A stretch of DNA of 64,000 nt, from positions 160,001-224,000 of the forward strand of contig CAVXWP010000009.1 of NCBI GenBank assembly GCA_963765495.1, read 5' to 3'. Of this stretch, positions 53,370 through 64,000 are shown in pieces. Every line of letters begins with the position of its first letter. The first letter of the stretch is position 1. Under the pieces are notes generated by a model. The model did not search any database. It was not told where the DNA came from and saw only the letters and a list, made by a program, of their open reading frames with translations. This stretch comes from Blastocatellia bacterium. Lineage in GTDB: Bacteria > Acidobacteriota > Blastocatellia > UBA7656. The translations under genes and the position numbers were made by a program.

Positions 53370-53526
53370 AGGTTGATCGGATCACCCGGATAGAGTCATA
53401 CAGATAGACTCGAACGGGCGACATATTTGGAGAGCAGACGGGACGAATCTTCGCGGAGCGATTTATGCTGTTTTGTGTTCAGGCAGTCAGGACCGCTTGC
53501 CCGCAAGACATCTCCGCTCGTACAGA

Positions 53527-55329
53527 CTACGGAAGATTGGGCTGAAGGCCCTTCTGATTTCCGACTGCATCAGAAGAGCGAGGCTCTTCTTCCGTTTTTG
53601 CGTCAAGAATGCCGAGCATTTCCTGCGCCTTCGAATGGCGAATGTAGTGATGCCAAATAAAAGTGAGATCAAAGAGCAACGCCGCAAGCCACCACAAATA
53701 AAGAAATCCCCCGAGCGCCAGAAAGACGAGCCACAACCGCCCATGCTCGTAGTCCTTCCCCTGATAGAGAATACAGCCAACTATAGCGAGCGTGAACAGA
53801 AAGCCTGTAAGCAGCAGAGGTTTCAGTCCCCACGCGGGGCGCTTCTTGCTCAACGACGAGGCCAGCAATACTATCGCCGTGATAATGCCAAGGAAGTACC
53901 ATTCGTGTGCTCCCTCTATTATGCTGTCAAACTCGATTTTCAAATAACTGCCAGTGTTAGCCTCCAATATCTTCAGATAACCGACAAGCGTAAGCAGGAA
54001 AAAAGCGATGCCCGAAAGTCGCCAGAACCACTTATGAGTCAGGCGGGGGATCCTCGTCGCCACCGTCATCCCGCCGAGCAGAAGAGCCAGCGCCGCCACG
54101 TCCACGGCGATGATTCGGGTGCTGGGATTTTCATTGGGGGCAATGTAGCCCGTGACGGCTTTATACAAGATATAAACCGCCATAAAAAACAGACCCGACA
54201 CAAGGAGGTAGGGCAGAGCGTAACCGGTTATCTCAGCCCGAAGTCTGCTCTTTGGAGCTTCCTTGAAACGGCCCTTTCCCTCTGTCAGAATCGGAGGTGA
54301 AGGCTCTACCACGTTCTCGATAAAATGGCCGAATACTTCCTTGTCATTCCAGTAATCTACGTGCGCCTTGGCAGGAAGATAGTATCTGCTGAATCCGTAA
54401 TTGTGCTCCTTTTTAAATTCAAACGCTTTCCAGCCGTTCTCTTTCAGCCATTTCTGAGCCGTATCAAGCCCGAATCCTATAGGGTCTCCGTAATCGAAAT
54501 AGTTTCGCCATTTGATCCGGGTTTCTTCAGATGCCATCTTGCCGGGTCGTTTAAGATCGCTCCAGAGGCTCGGCCAGAGCACCAGATGCTTATCAATGGG
54601 CGAGCCTATGGTCATGAAGCCCTTGACCTGCTTGACCCAATCCGAGCCCTCCTGCTTGACCCAATCCGGCGGATCGTCGCACATTGCCATCAGCAAACCA
54701 AGAAAAGCGATGACCGTCCCTTCGCTGTGAGCCACTATGTAAATCTCGTTGTCGCTATCGGGTTTATAGACTGCATTCATCACTTCAAAGAACTGTTTTA
54801 ATATCTGTTCCCGATAATTCTGGAATTCAGTCACTACCTGAACATCGCCGAGATAATCGAGCAGCAATCTGCTCAGATCAAACTTGAACAGATTGGCCTT
54901 TTCGGCAAGAAAGAGCAGTCTTTCAAGCGTTGAAAGCGTGTCTATGGACTCTTCAAGCACAGTCTCAAGCGTCAGAAAATCCTCCTCATCAAGGTCAGCC
55001 ATCTCCTTTTTTTGCTGTTGCAATCGAACTCGATCTACGATGGTTCTGGCCCACTTTCGGGACTCTTCAAGCGTATAGCCGTCTTTGACCGGAATGCGAG
55101 GGATGTCTGCCCAGTAAACTTCGGCAAAAGCGATATTTTGCCAGGGCTGCGAATAGGGAGGGCTAGGAGGCACGATGAATCTTTGTGCACCCGTAAGTTG
55201 ATTGCGCAGATTTCCAAGGGGCATGGCGGCAGTTTGTCCGTAACACCCAAAAAAAATGTTTACGACCGATTGTATGGTGGCGCAGGTAAACTGATCGCCT
55301 ATTCCATGAATTGCTACAATGATCTTCAT
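53527..55329 (-). CDS. Alpha/beta-hydrolase (lipase-like) domain with C-terminal TM bundle
   Basis: IHGIG, AHSEG, TIGSP, DPI and AHVDYW motifs; about 6 TM helices; GGAGGAG RBS. Confidence 0.65.
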   Translation of the reverse strand: MKIIVAIHGIGDQFTCATIQSVVNIFFGCYGQTAAMPLGNLRNQLTGAQRFIVPPSPPYSQPWQNIAFAEVYWADIPRIPVKDGYTLEESRKWARTIVDRVRLQQQKKEMADLDEEDFLTLETVLEESIDTLSTLERLLFLAEKANLFKFDLSRLLLDYLGDVQVVTEFQNYREQILKQFFEVMNAVYKPDSDNEIYIVAHSEGTVIAFLGLLMAMCDDPPDWVKQEGSDWVKQVKGFMTIGSPIDKHLVLWPSLWSDLKRPGKMASEETRIKWRNYFDYGDPIGFGLDTAQKWLKENGWKAFEFKKEHNYGFSRYYLPAKAHVDYWNDKEVFGHFIENVVEPSPPILTEGKGRFKEAPKSRLRAEITGYALPYLLVSGLFFMAVYILYKAVTGYIAPNENPSTRIIAVDVAALALLLGGMTVATRIPRLTHKWFWRLSGIAFFLLTLVGYLKILEANTGSYLKIEFDSIIEGAHEWYFLGIITAIVLLASSLSKKRPAWGLKPLLLTGFLFTLAIVGCILYQGKDYEHGRLWLVFLALGGFLYLWWLAALLFDLTFIWHHYIRHSKAQEMLGILDAKTEEEPRSSDAVGNQKGLQPNLP

Positions 55330-55413
55330 ATCTCCTCCATTGCGAGCCGGATAAACGGCAGCGGTTTGGCGTGGTGATCTCAACCGGCGGCAGTCATATC
55401 AACAAGCCTGAGA

Positions 55414-57612
55414 TCACTGATTTGTATTTGTGCTGCCGGTCAGATATTTTCCAACGGCCTTTCCCACTTCGAGGAAGCCAAACCCTATTCCGAAATAACT
55501 CCGCCTCTCATCTACGTTGAGGTTCCATCCATAAGTAAAGTGCAGTTTGTTGTTAAAGAGCGATACGACAGGTCCGGCACCGACCTGCACATCGGTTCCC
55601 TTTGTATTGGTAAACATTTCCTTTTCAAGATCGAAACCGGGATCATTGAAGTTCATGAAAGAGACATTGATGCCAAAGGTCGGAGCCAGCGCGCGAAGGA
55701 GTTTATCGCTCGCGTTTTCGCCTCGCTTGAAGTATGTTATTCCGAACGTCATGCCGGGCGAAGGAGCGAAATTGACTTCCTTGAGGCCAAGCCCGCCATT
55801 TTCCGGCGTGGCGATGTCTTTTTCGGTCAGACCAAGCCTCTTGATGAACATAAAAGAAGTGCCCAGATGGAGTTTGGCACCATACCGCTTCACGGCTATT
55901 TCGAACGGGACCGAAGCCCCCAGCCCTTCCCCCTCTAAATTTTGGGCCTGAACCGTCAGATAGAGCGTATCCCCATCCTGTGCTCTGGCTTTAAATAATG
56001 AGACATACCCGGGAAGGAATTTATCCTTGAGGATGCCCAAAGCTGCGCTGGCTCTATCCAGAGCATAAATTCTTGTAGCAAGATCACGAGCAACGTCTGA
56101 CGATCCACCTGCTCTCTGAATATCCATCAATTCTTTCTCAAGCATGTTCCTTTCATCTGTCTGTGAACGTCTTGGAGGGTTATAGTTGTCAATATTAGTT
56201 GCCATCAGCCTGACCTGCTCTCTTGCTGATCGAAGCATTCTATAAGCATCCCTGACGCGGCCCAAGAGTCGAATCTGGGTAGAAATATCTGGATTCCCGA
56301 CCCCCAGGACTTTTTCGAGATCCTCATTAATTTGCTGCGAGATTGCCCGCATTGTGTCGCGGTCCACAGAAAATACCTCTGTGGCGATTATCGTCACTAC
56401 CCCCCGATTCTTGGGGGCTAGAATGAAATCATTAGCTTCCTTAATTTCACGCTGAAATTTATTAAGTTTCTCTCTGGCTCTTGATAGAATCTCATCCCGC
56501 ACCGTCGCATCTGTTCGAGATTTTTCATCTGCAACAGCAAATTCTTCATCCGTTAATTCATCCTTGGGTGGAATGTTATCATAGACGCGGTAAGTATATT
56601 TGATGATTTCCGACGATATGCGCTGAAGGGTTAGCACCTTGAACATCATATTTCTTGCAGTTTCAAAAGAAGCTCCTAATTGAGCATTCGAATCTGCCTT
56701 ATCCTCGCCTATTTCCGAGTAATTCTTAACTTCAATGTTAGAAGACTTGTCACCAGATACCAGTTGAGCGGTCATATAGAGATTGTTCAACAACAGGTCT
56801 TCGTTCTCTGGTGCTGGGACAATGACAATAGTGCTTGCTTCGTCAGCGGTAAGTTTGATTCTGTCCAGGCCTCGTTTTGTGGGATCATAGATCAATTTAC
56901 CATAGTTAGTCGGATTTTCCGGGTCCGGGACTTTCGGGGATTCATAAATCTTTATGTACCTGGCGGGATCAAATATCGAGCGATTATTGCTGGCAGACGC
57001 GTTCGAGCTTGTCGCTTTAGCATCCTCAACTGCACGCGCAGATCTCGGCGGCGCGGTCCAGGTTTCCATGTTGGTTAAATGAGACGAAAGAACCTTGACC
57101 TGAGATCGAGAGTCGGCATCGCCGGCTGTCGTCACCTGAGAAGACTGGCTTTCTCTTTCGGCATCGCTGATCTCGCTTGAAATGTGTTTGGGCGGCGTTA
57201 TCTTCAGTCGGGCAGGCGTCATCACCATTCTTAGCGGAGCAGCATGTATCATAAGCGCGAAGGGTTGTGAAAATACCTGTCTGGGCTGCGATGAATCGCT
57301 GACTTCTATGACGAAACCGTAAGGGTCGCGGCTCGGCATGACGGGTGTTCCTCGAAGCTCGCCCGAGGCTTCCAGCTTGATGCCAGGCGGCAGGTCGCCT
57401 TCGATCAACTTCCAGGTCAACGGCGGCAACCCGCCTTCGGCCGTGAGTTGATACTCATATTCTGTCCCTGCTTTCCCTTCGGGCAAGGATAATGCGTTTG
57501 GCTCAGGTGAATACTCCTTCTTATCCGCTCTCAGAGTTGCGGCCGGGCTTATACTTTGTAAGAAGAATAAGAGGATCAATAAAGGGGCGATCTTCTGAAT
57601 CAGCATTTTCAT
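55414..57612 (-). CDS. Secreted putative Ig-domain protein with helical middle and beta-rich C-terminus
   Basis: Signal peptide; Y..QLTAEGG.PP.TW...G.LPPGI.L...G.L.GTP Ig motif. Confidence 0.7.
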   Translation of the reverse strand: MKMLIQKIAPLLILLFFLQSISPAATLRADKKEYSPEPNALSLPEGKAGTEYEYQLTAEGGLPPLTWKLIEGDLPPGIKLEASGELRGTPVMPSRDPYGFVIEVSDSSQPRQVFSQPFALMIHAAPLRMVMTPARLKITPPKHISSEISDAERESQSSQVTTAGDADSRSQVKVLSSHLTNMETWTAPPRSARAVEDAKATSSNASASNNRSIFDPARYIKIYESPKVPDPENPTNYGKLIYDPTKRGLDRIKLTADEASTIVIVPAPENEDLLLNNLYMTAQLVSGDKSSNIEVKNYSEIGEDKADSNAQLGASFETARNMMFKVLTLQRISSEIIKYTYRVYDNIPPKDELTDEEFAVADEKSRTDATVRDEILSRAREKLNKFQREIKEANDFILAPKNRGVVTIIATEVFSVDRDTMRAISQQINEDLEKVLGVGNPDISTQIRLLGRVRDAYRMLRSAREQVRLMATNIDNYNPPRRSQTDERNMLEKELMDIQRAGGSSDVARDLATRIYALDRASAALGILKDKFLPGYVSLFKARAQDGDTLYLTVQAQNLEGEGLGASVPFEIAVKRYGAKLHLGTSFMFIKRLGLTEKDIATPENGGLGLKEVNFAPSPGMTFGITYFKRGENASDKLLRALAPTFGINVSFMNFNDPGFDLEKEMFTNTKGTDVQVGAGPVVSLFNNKLHFTYGWNLNVDERRSYFGIGFGFLEVGKAVGKYLTGSTNTNQ

Positions 57613-58090
57613 TGGTCAATTCTCCTTCAGACTTCATTATGTTTCGCACACACGTATCCAGATCGGGCAAATGCCGTTGAGGTAAATTGATTCCGAGAAT
57701 GTAACGCCTTTCTCGAAGAGAGGCTCTGCTTGCGCGCATCTCCTGAAAGGCGAACGAGTTCGCCTCAAGAGATCTAACCAGGATAAGCAGGATCATCCTG
57801 ATTCGTTTTTACCACCCGGTTAATTCTCTTTATTTCAATCTCTCGAGCTTTGATTGGGAACAGCAGTTTATGATTTCTGCCGTCTCACATATCAATGACA
57901 TTTTGTTGAAAACGTTACATGCCGATTTAAGTAATGAAAGGAATTCAGCAGTTTTCGAATCATCTCTTGTGCAGGTTCCGGTTCAGAGCATCAAAAAGGT
58001 TTCGATGGCAGGGATTGATCAGAGGGTAGTATTGTCAATAACAGAGACAATCTATTTTGCTTTCAATCTTCCGTGTAAAACCTGTCATAT

Positions 58091-58765
58091 TTAACCCGCT
58101 TCAACTGAGATGGTCTGGCCGCCCTCGTCTTCGGCTATGGTGGAGGGAGGCAACGCACCGGCTACGACATCGTGTGTCCGGCGGGCGAGCACGCGCGCAA
58201 GTTTCTTCAATTCAGCCCGGTTGATGTCAGAGGCCACCCGCTCGACAGGTATGGGTGGATGATAAGTGATAGTCAGTCTTCCGGCTCTCGGAAACCATTT
58301 TCCTACAGGCCAGATTTCATACGCACCCTCGATGCTCACAGGCACTATACAAGCGCCGTGAGTCAGCGCCAGGTGGAATGCGCCTCTCTTAAATGGCTTT
58401 ATGTCGCCGGTAATCGTGCGACCGCCTTCGGGGAAAATAACCAGCGCGTGATTGAGTCGCAGATGATTCATCGCCTCACGCTGCGCCGATGCGTCTACGG
58501 TCTCAAGGTTCACGGGAAACGCGCCGAACCTGCGCATCAGGAAACCGAGTACGGGAATCTGAAAGGGCTTGTCCCACGCCATGTAATAGATCCGTCTGGG
58601 CATGGGGATAGTAATCCAGATCGGATCGGCATAGGTGACATGATTTGGTGTGATGATGCAAGCGCCTTCAAGCGGGATATTCTCTATGCCGTGAAATTTG
58701 ATACGGAAGACCAGACGGCAAAACCACCAGACAAAGGGGGTCAGAATGGTTATGATGAATTTCAT
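58091..58765 (-). CDS. plsC: 1-acyl-sn-glycerol-3-phosphate acyltransferase
   Basis: NHVTYAD (HxxxxD) and IFPEGGR motifs. Confidence 0.88.
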   Translation of the reverse strand: MKFIITILTPFVWWFCRLVFRIKFHGIENIPLEGACIITPNHVTYADPIWITIPMPRRIYYMAWDKPFQIPVLGFLMRRFGAFPVNLETVDASAQREAMNHLRLNHALVIFPEGGRTITGDIKPFKRGAFHLALTHGACIVPVSIEGAYEIWPVGKWFPRAGRLTITYHPPIPVERVASDINRAELKKLARVLARRTHDVVAGALPPSTIAEDEGGQTISVEAG

Positions 58766-58880
58766 AAGATCACAATTCCGCGCTTGATTTGCCTGCTCGC
58801 AAGGCCGCGAAATATTTAACTATGCATCGGCGCGCTCGCGCAAGACGGTGCGCTCTGCTAAAGTGAATTTACTAAAGCCG

Positions 58881-59468
58881 ATGATCTACGAACAAACATA
58901 CGAGTATCTGGCCGAGCAATTACAATCGCGTCTGAGCGAAGAAGAGATGGCGCAGGTGCGCCGCGCATTCGAGATAGCCGAGGCCGCCCACACGGGGCAA
59001 ATGAGGGATGAAGGCACTCCCTACATCGTGCATCCGCTCAGAGTGGCCGTATCGCTTGTGGATGAATTGGGGTTGTATTCGCCCAGATTAATCTGCTCTG
59101 GCCTGCTGCACGACGTGATCGAAGACAGCGAGACCACACGCGAGCAGATAGCAGAAATGTTTGGCGAAGAGATTGCTGAAATCGTCTGGCTGCTGACGAA
59201 ATTTGACGATGTGAGTCTGCCCGCGTATCTTGCGGCCATCGAAGCGGCGAGCGCGACTGGCGCTCCCATAGTGAAGCTTTGCGACCGGCTCGACAACCTC
59301 AGATTCCTCGCCCACTCGCCCAGGGCCGAAAAGAAACGCCGATACATTCGAACGACCGGGGCCTATTACCTGCCGCTTGCCGCCCGCACAAACGATTACC
59401 TCTACGGCGAACTCGTTCGCTGGCTGGATGAGGCTCGCAATCACGTAAGGTCGCTCGGTGGCGAATGA
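58881..59468 (+). CDS. Stand-alone HD-domain (p)ppGpp hydrolase-like protein (SpoT/Mesh1 type)
   Basis: AH.GQ.R..G.PYI.HP, LLHDVIED and VKLCDRLDN motifs; no synthetase domain. Confidence 0.85.
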   Translation: MIYEQTYEYLAEQLQSRLSEEEMAQVRRAFEIAEAAHTGQMRDEGTPYIVHPLRVAVSLVDELGLYSPRLICSGLLHDVIEDSETTREQIAEMFGEEIAEIVWLLTKFDDVSLPAYLAAIEAASATGAPIVKLCDRLDNLRFLAHSPRAEKKRRYIRTTGAYYLPLAARTNDYLYGELVRWLDEARNHVRSLGGE

Positions 59469-59473
59469 AAAAC

Positions 59474-59524
59474 CTGGCGTCTTTGCGAGAAATAGGTTCG
59501 CGCTGAGGCGCAAAGCACGCAAAG
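59474..59524. repeat. CTTTGCG/CGCAAAG repeat remnant
   Basis: TGGCGTCTTTGCGAGAAATAG...GGCGCAAAGCACGCAAAG. Confidence 0.6.
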
Positions 59525-59656
59525 CATTCTCGGTGGGTTAACCTGAAAATTAAAATGGCCCTGTTCCCGATTTCCAAATCGAACAAAACATTTGATTGTT
59601 TCGGGTAACGTGTGACAGCATTTAGCTAGCCTTCTGAAACTCGGGTCAGATGTATT

Positions 59657-62600
59657 ATGAAAGTTTGTCTGCAATTCACCGGCATCGGGGTTATCCTCCT
59701 GCTGGCAATTTCCCTGCCCTTGATCGGACGGGCAGTCTTCGCCTTTGATCAAGACAAGCTATCGGCCCAGTATTGTTTCGACACGTGGCAGACGGAAAAC
59801 GGCCTGCCGCACAATACGATTCTCGCGATGCACCAGAGCGAAGACGGCTATCTATGGCTTGCGACCGAAGAGGGGCTGGTTCGATTCGACGGCCTGCGTT
59901 TCACGGTATTCGATAAACAGAATACCGAACAGATCGCAAGCAATCGAATTCAGGTGCTTTCAGAGGATCGAAGCGGGAATCTGTGGATAGGCACTTCGGA
60001 AGGAATTATCGAGTTAAGCCGGAACAGATTTACCGCCTACACTACAAAAGAGGGTCTGTCCGACAACAACATCGGTTCGATATACGAAGACCGCGAAGGC
60101 AGCATATGGATAGGAACATCAGCCGGTTTGAATAGATTCAGGGACGGGCAAATCACCGCCTACACTACGCGCGACGGGTTGCCCGGCGATAGCGTAGGCC
60201 CTATACAAGAAGATCGAGCGGGGAATCTGTGGATAGGCACTTCGGCCGGTCTGGCAGCATTCAGGGACGGGAAATTCACAAACTATACTACTGAAAACGG
60301 GCTCGTTAGTAATAACGTGCGGCTGATACACGAAGACAAAGGAGGCGGGTTATGGCTCGGCACGGCAAACGGATTATCGAGATTCAAGGATGGAAGATTC
60401 ACATCTTTCACATCCTCAAACGGCCTGACCAATGATCGAATATGGTCTATTCACGAAGACGGAAGCGGCCAGATATGGGTAGGTACCGATGGCGGGCTCA
60501 ACCGATTTCACGCGGGACAGATCACAAGCTACACGACAAAGGACGGGCTTGCTAGTGAAAGCATCTGGTCCATCTATGAAGACCATCTCGGCGCGCTGTG
60601 GTTTGGCACACCGGGCGGGCTCGTCCGGCTCGCAAACGGGCGTTTTAGCACATTTACTACAAAAGACGGTTTATCATCCGACATCATTCTTTCAATCTGC
60701 GAAGACCGCGAAGGCAGCCTGTGGGTAGGCACGGAGGTGGGCGGATTGAATCGGCTCAAGGAGAGAATCTTTACAACCTTTTCGGTGAAAGACGGTCTGC
60801 CGGATGAAAAGACCTGGGCCGTTTTGGAGGACAGAAGCGGGAATCTCTGGGTAGGCAGTTACGGAAGCGGGTTGAGCCGGATGAAAGACGGCGAGGTTCG
60901 CACCTACACCACGAAAGACGGGCTTGCGAGTAACATCGTGAGGGCGCTTTACGAAGACAAAGCCGGTCGCATCTGGGTGGGGACACCAAACGGACTCGCG
61001 AAACTCGAAGACGGAAAATTCACAAACTACAGCGTAGAGGACGGGCTGGCGCAAAATGCCGTCTGGGCAATCAACGAAGACAGCGGGGGCACTCTCTGGA
61101 TAGGCACTCTCGGCGGATTGACAGGGCTCAAGGACGGCGAGTTCACCCTCTATACAACCACGGATGGCCTGACCGACGACAGCATCCTGTCGATATGTCC
61201 GGCAAGCGACGGCAGTCTCTGGCTTGGAACACGCGAAGGCGGGCTGAACAGGTTTAAGGACGGAAAGTTTACCGGCTACACCACAAAGCAGGGATTGTCT
61301 GACGACTCGGTCACGGCCCTTTATGAAGACGGAAAAGGAACTCTCTGGGTGGGGACGCGCCGGGGCGGGCTCAACCGATTTCGGGACGGCGCGTTTACTA
61401 AATACACGACCGGCGAAGGGTTGCTTGATGACAGCGTGCTTCAGATACTCGACGACGGGCGCGGCAATCTGTGGTTGAGCGGGGAAAAGTGCATCTCGCG
61501 AGTCAGGGTGGATGAGTTGAACGATCTTGCCGATGGAAAGATCGAGTCCATCAACGCCGTGTCCTACGATACGGCGGATGGTCTGGAAAGCAAGCAGAGC
61601 AGCAGCGGCCAGCCCGCGGCCTGCAAAGCCAGAGACGGGAGGTTCTGGTTTGCCACGGTCAAAGGCGTAGCCGTAGTTGACCCGGCAGCCATCAAGTCAA
61701 ATCAGTACCTGCCGCCCGTTGTGATCGAACAGATTCTGGCCGATGGCCAGCCCGCCCCCGCAGGCGCGAAGATCGAGTTGCCCGCAGGCACGGATAAATT
61801 CGAATTCCATTACGCGGGGCTCAGTCTATCGGCCCCTGAAAAAGTCAGATTCAGATATAAACTCGAAGGTTACGACAAAGGATGGGTCAATGCCGGAGGG
61901 CAGCGCGTCGCCTATTACACAAACATCTCGCCGGGCAATTACAAATTCCGGGTAATAGCCTGTAACAGCGACGGAGTGTGGAACGAGGCGGGCGCATCTC
62001 AGATGCTCTATCTCAAGCCGCGCTTTTACCAGACCTACTGGTTTTATGCTCTTTGCATCGCGGCAATCGGGCTTGCTAGCTGGGGAATTTATCTGTTGCG
62101 CATCAGACGGATGAGGGCTCAATTCTCAGCCGTTCTTGAAGAGCGCAGCCGTTTGGCGCGAGAGATTCACGACACTCTGGCTCAGGGGTTTATCGGCATC
62201 CGAATGCAGTTAGAGGCTGGCACAAAATCGTTATCCGGGTCGCCCGAAGCCGCGCAACGCCATTTTGATCTTGCTCGCAGCATAGCAAATTTCAGCCTCG
62301 CCGAAGCGCGGCAATTCGTCTGGGGCCTGCGTTCGCACGCCCTCGAAGAAGGCGACCTCGCAACGGCTCTTTATGACTTTGGCAATCACCTCAAGGCCAA
62401 TGCTTCGATAAACATCGTGCTGAGGGTATTGGGCACCCCCCGGCGGCTTCCCGGTTCGGCTGAAACTGATATACTCCGAATCGGCCAGGAGGCTCTTACA
62501 AACGCCGTAAAACACGCCGACCCGAGCGAGATTCGCGTCGAACTCGATTTTGAAGAAAAGACCCTCCGGCTGTGCGTGGCAGACAACGGGCGAGGCTTTG

Positions 62601-62743
62601 ACGCAGACAGGGCCGGGGCGATGAGCAGCGATCATTTTGGTCTGATCGGCATGCGCGAACGCGCCGCGCGAATCGGTGGTCAATTGGCCATAACCAGCGA
62701 CCCCGGCAAAGGAACCCGGGTCGATCTTGAAGTTAGCTGCTGA
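59657..62743 (+). CDS. Sensor histidine kinase (two-component regulator propeller, YYY, HisKA_3, HATPase)
   Basis: Repeated ED..G.LW.GT..GL blades; ERSRLAREIHDTLAQ, QEALTN, DNGRGF and GL.GMRER motifs. Confidence 0.95.
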   Translation: MKVCLQFTGIGVILLLAISLPLIGRAVFAFDQDKLSAQYCFDTWQTENGLPHNTILAMHQSEDGYLWLATEEGLVRFDGLRFTVFDKQNTEQIASNRIQVLSEDRSGNLWIGTSEGIIELSRNRFTAYTTKEGLSDNNIGSIYEDREGSIWIGTSAGLNRFRDGQITAYTTRDGLPGDSVGPIQEDRAGNLWIGTSAGLAAFRDGKFTNYTTENGLVSNNVRLIHEDKGGGLWLGTANGLSRFKDGRFTSFTSSNGLTNDRIWSIHEDGSGQIWVGTDGGLNRFHAGQITSYTTKDGLASESIWSIYEDHLGALWFGTPGGLVRLANGRFSTFTTKDGLSSDIILSICEDREGSLWVGTEVGGLNRLKERIFTTFSVKDGLPDEKTWAVLEDRSGNLWVGSYGSGLSRMKDGEVRTYTTKDGLASNIVRALYEDKAGRIWVGTPNGLAKLEDGKFTNYSVEDGLAQNAVWAINEDSGGTLWIGTLGGLTGLKDGEFTLYTTTDGLTDDSILSICPASDGSLWLGTREGGLNRFKDGKFTGYTTKQGLSDDSVTALYEDGKGTLWVGTRRGGLNRFRDGAFTKYTTGEGLLDDSVLQILDDGRGNLWLSGEKCISRVRVDELNDLADGKIESINAVSYDTADGLESKQSSSGQPAACKARDGRFWFATVKGVAVVDPAAIKSNQYLPPVVIEQILADGQPAPAGAKIELPAGTDKFEFHYAGLSLSAPEKVRFRYKLEGYDKGWVNAGGQRVAYYTNISPGNYKFRVIACNSDGVWNEAGASQMLYLKPRFYQTYWFYALCIAAIGLASWGIYLLRIRRMRAQFSAVLEERSRLAREIHDTLAQGFIGIRMQLEAGTKSLSGSPEAAQRHFDLARSIANFSLAEARQFVWGLRSHALEEGDLATALYDFGNHLKANASINIVLRVLGTPRRLPGSAETDILRIGQEALTNAVKHADPSEIRVELDFEEKTLRLCVADNGRGFDADRAGAMSSDHFGLIGMRERAARIGGQLAITSDPGKGTRVDLEVSC

Positions 62744-62744
62744 T

Positions 62745-63377
62745 ATGAGCAAAGAAAATCCTATCCGCATAATGATCGTCGATGATCATTTCGTGGTCCG
62801 CATGGGGCTGGCTACGATACTTAACGCCCACCCGGACCTGACCGTAGTCGCCGAAGCCGCCAACGGTCAGCAGGCGATAAACCTGTTTCGCCAGCATAGA
62901 CCCGACATCACCCTTATGGATTTGCGGCTGCCCGGCATGGGGGGCGTCGAGATCACGAAAGCGATTCGCAGCGAGTTCCCAAACAGCCGCATAATCGTTG
63001 TGACCACTTATGACGGCGATGAAGACATTTATCGCGCGCTGCAAGCGGGCGCGCGCGCATACCTGCTCAAGGATGTGCCGGGCGACCAGCTAGTCGATGC
63101 CATAAGAGCGGTCCACTCCGGGCAGACCCGAATCCCGCCCGAGGTCGCAAGCCGTCTCGCTGAGCGATTGCCTCGCTCCGAACTCAGCCCGAGAGAGATG
63201 GATGTGCTAAGGCTCATCGTGGACGGAAAGAGCAATAAAGAGATCGCCTCCGCCCTTTTTATCTCGGAAAGCACGGTAAAGGTCCACGTAAACAACATTC
63301 TTGGCAAAATGGGCGTAAGCGACCGTACACAGGCGGCCATGACGGCGATTCAGCGCGGGATTGTGCATCTCGATTGA
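62745..63377 (+). CDS. NarL/LuxR-family response regulator
   Basis: VDDH, LMDL and LLK receiver residues; LSPRE...SNKEIA..L.ISE.TVK.H HTH. Confidence 0.95.
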   Translation: MSKENPIRIMIVDDHFVVRMGLATILNAHPDLTVVAEAANGQQAINLFRQHRPDITLMDLRLPGMGGVEITKAIRSEFPNSRIIVVTTYDGDEDIYRALQAGARAYLLKDVPGDQLVDAIRAVHSGQTRIPPEVASRLAERLPRSELSPREMDVLRLIVDGKSNKEIASALFISESTVKVHVNNILGKMGVSDRTQAAMTAIQRGIVHLD

Positions 63378-63683
63378 CGGGCAGACTCCTGAGCAGCACT
63401 AGATCGAAAGTACTAGTTAAATTCTAATCTCTGGGCTGATGACAAAAGGGAGCGCAAAGGCTATTCTGGCTACGGTGTTCATAGTAGCTTTGAGTTACCA
63501 GAGCTTACCGCCGCAGGCACCGCAACCTTGAAAATATTGCAGAGATACGAACTAATTCTTAATTTCCTTTGCAATTCGGGTCGCTTGCGGCGGTTAATTT
63601 TTTTTCGGCAGGCTCACCTCCGAGCCGTTTCAGCCATAAATTCAATGTTTTTACCGATGTTCGGTTTTCGAGGAACAAACATT

Positions 63684-64000
63684 ATGAAAGCAATTCTCAC
63701 GGTGTCGCTCATACTGCTCGCAGCAATTTCGGGGCTCTCGACAGGCCGCACAACCTGGCGACAGGCTACCGAAAAGGAGCTTGAATCGCTCATACCCGCG
63801 CGGGCTCCCGTCGAAAAAGAGAGGATTGAAACCGAGATGAGAACCGCTACGGGGGTTACGGACGGGCATGGCAAGTTTATCGCCGGGGTCCAGATAATAA
63901 CCGCCGGTTATGCGGCTGAGGGGAAATACTCGCACTTTTTTATCACGCAGGTGCCCATAAAGATCGGCGAAACGATGCTGAAACCGGGCGATTATGCCTT
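63684..64000 (+). CDS. Secreted conserved hypothetical protein, partial
   Basis: MKAILTVSLILLAAISG...IPARAPVEKERIETEMRTA...; GAGG RBS; frame open to the window end. Confidence 0.65.
   Translation, partial: MKAILTVSLILLAAISGLSTGRTTWRQATEKELESLIPARAPVEKERIETEMRTATGVTDGHGKFIAGVQIITAGYAAEGKYSHFFITQVPIKIGETMLKPGDYA

Noticed and set aside
53473-54300. Long antisense ORFs (also 795-1415, 4148-4918, 36087-36863, 58172-58819) and the alternate-frame ORF 4338-5369
   Set aside because: They shadow well-supported genes and show no motifs; expected in GC-rich or repetitive coding DNA

Overview
Bacterial chromosomal window; gene families and repeat style suggest Acidobacteriota (inference). Housekeeping and envelope genes (ClC channel, BON, SDR, aminopeptidase P, M14 peptidase, rpsU, deoB, suhB, thrB, plsC, a sensor kinase/NarL pair) flank a ~20.8 kb integrative element (12214-33092). 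The element sits in tRNA-Arg(CCG), is bounded by an exact 50-bp direct repeat, and keeps an intact-looking tyrosine integrase and excisionase. It looks like a decayed prophage or satellite. It carries a divergent RHH/RHH switch with an ImmA-like peptidase, a phage replication initiator, and two tandem pentapeptide-repeat-TIR genes, each preceded by a Cys-rich peptide gene (one intact, one decayed). It also has two cargo blocks, each framed by the same pair of phage gene remnants. Outside the element, the main signals missed by the ORF track are a sigma54-driven two-hairpin small RNA candidate (~9015-9152, minus strand), a UGA-containing (selenocysteine) peroxiredoxin (36959-37396), and about a dozen inverted pairs of 7-9-nt tandem repeats. 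All calls come from reading motifs by eye; no database searches were run.
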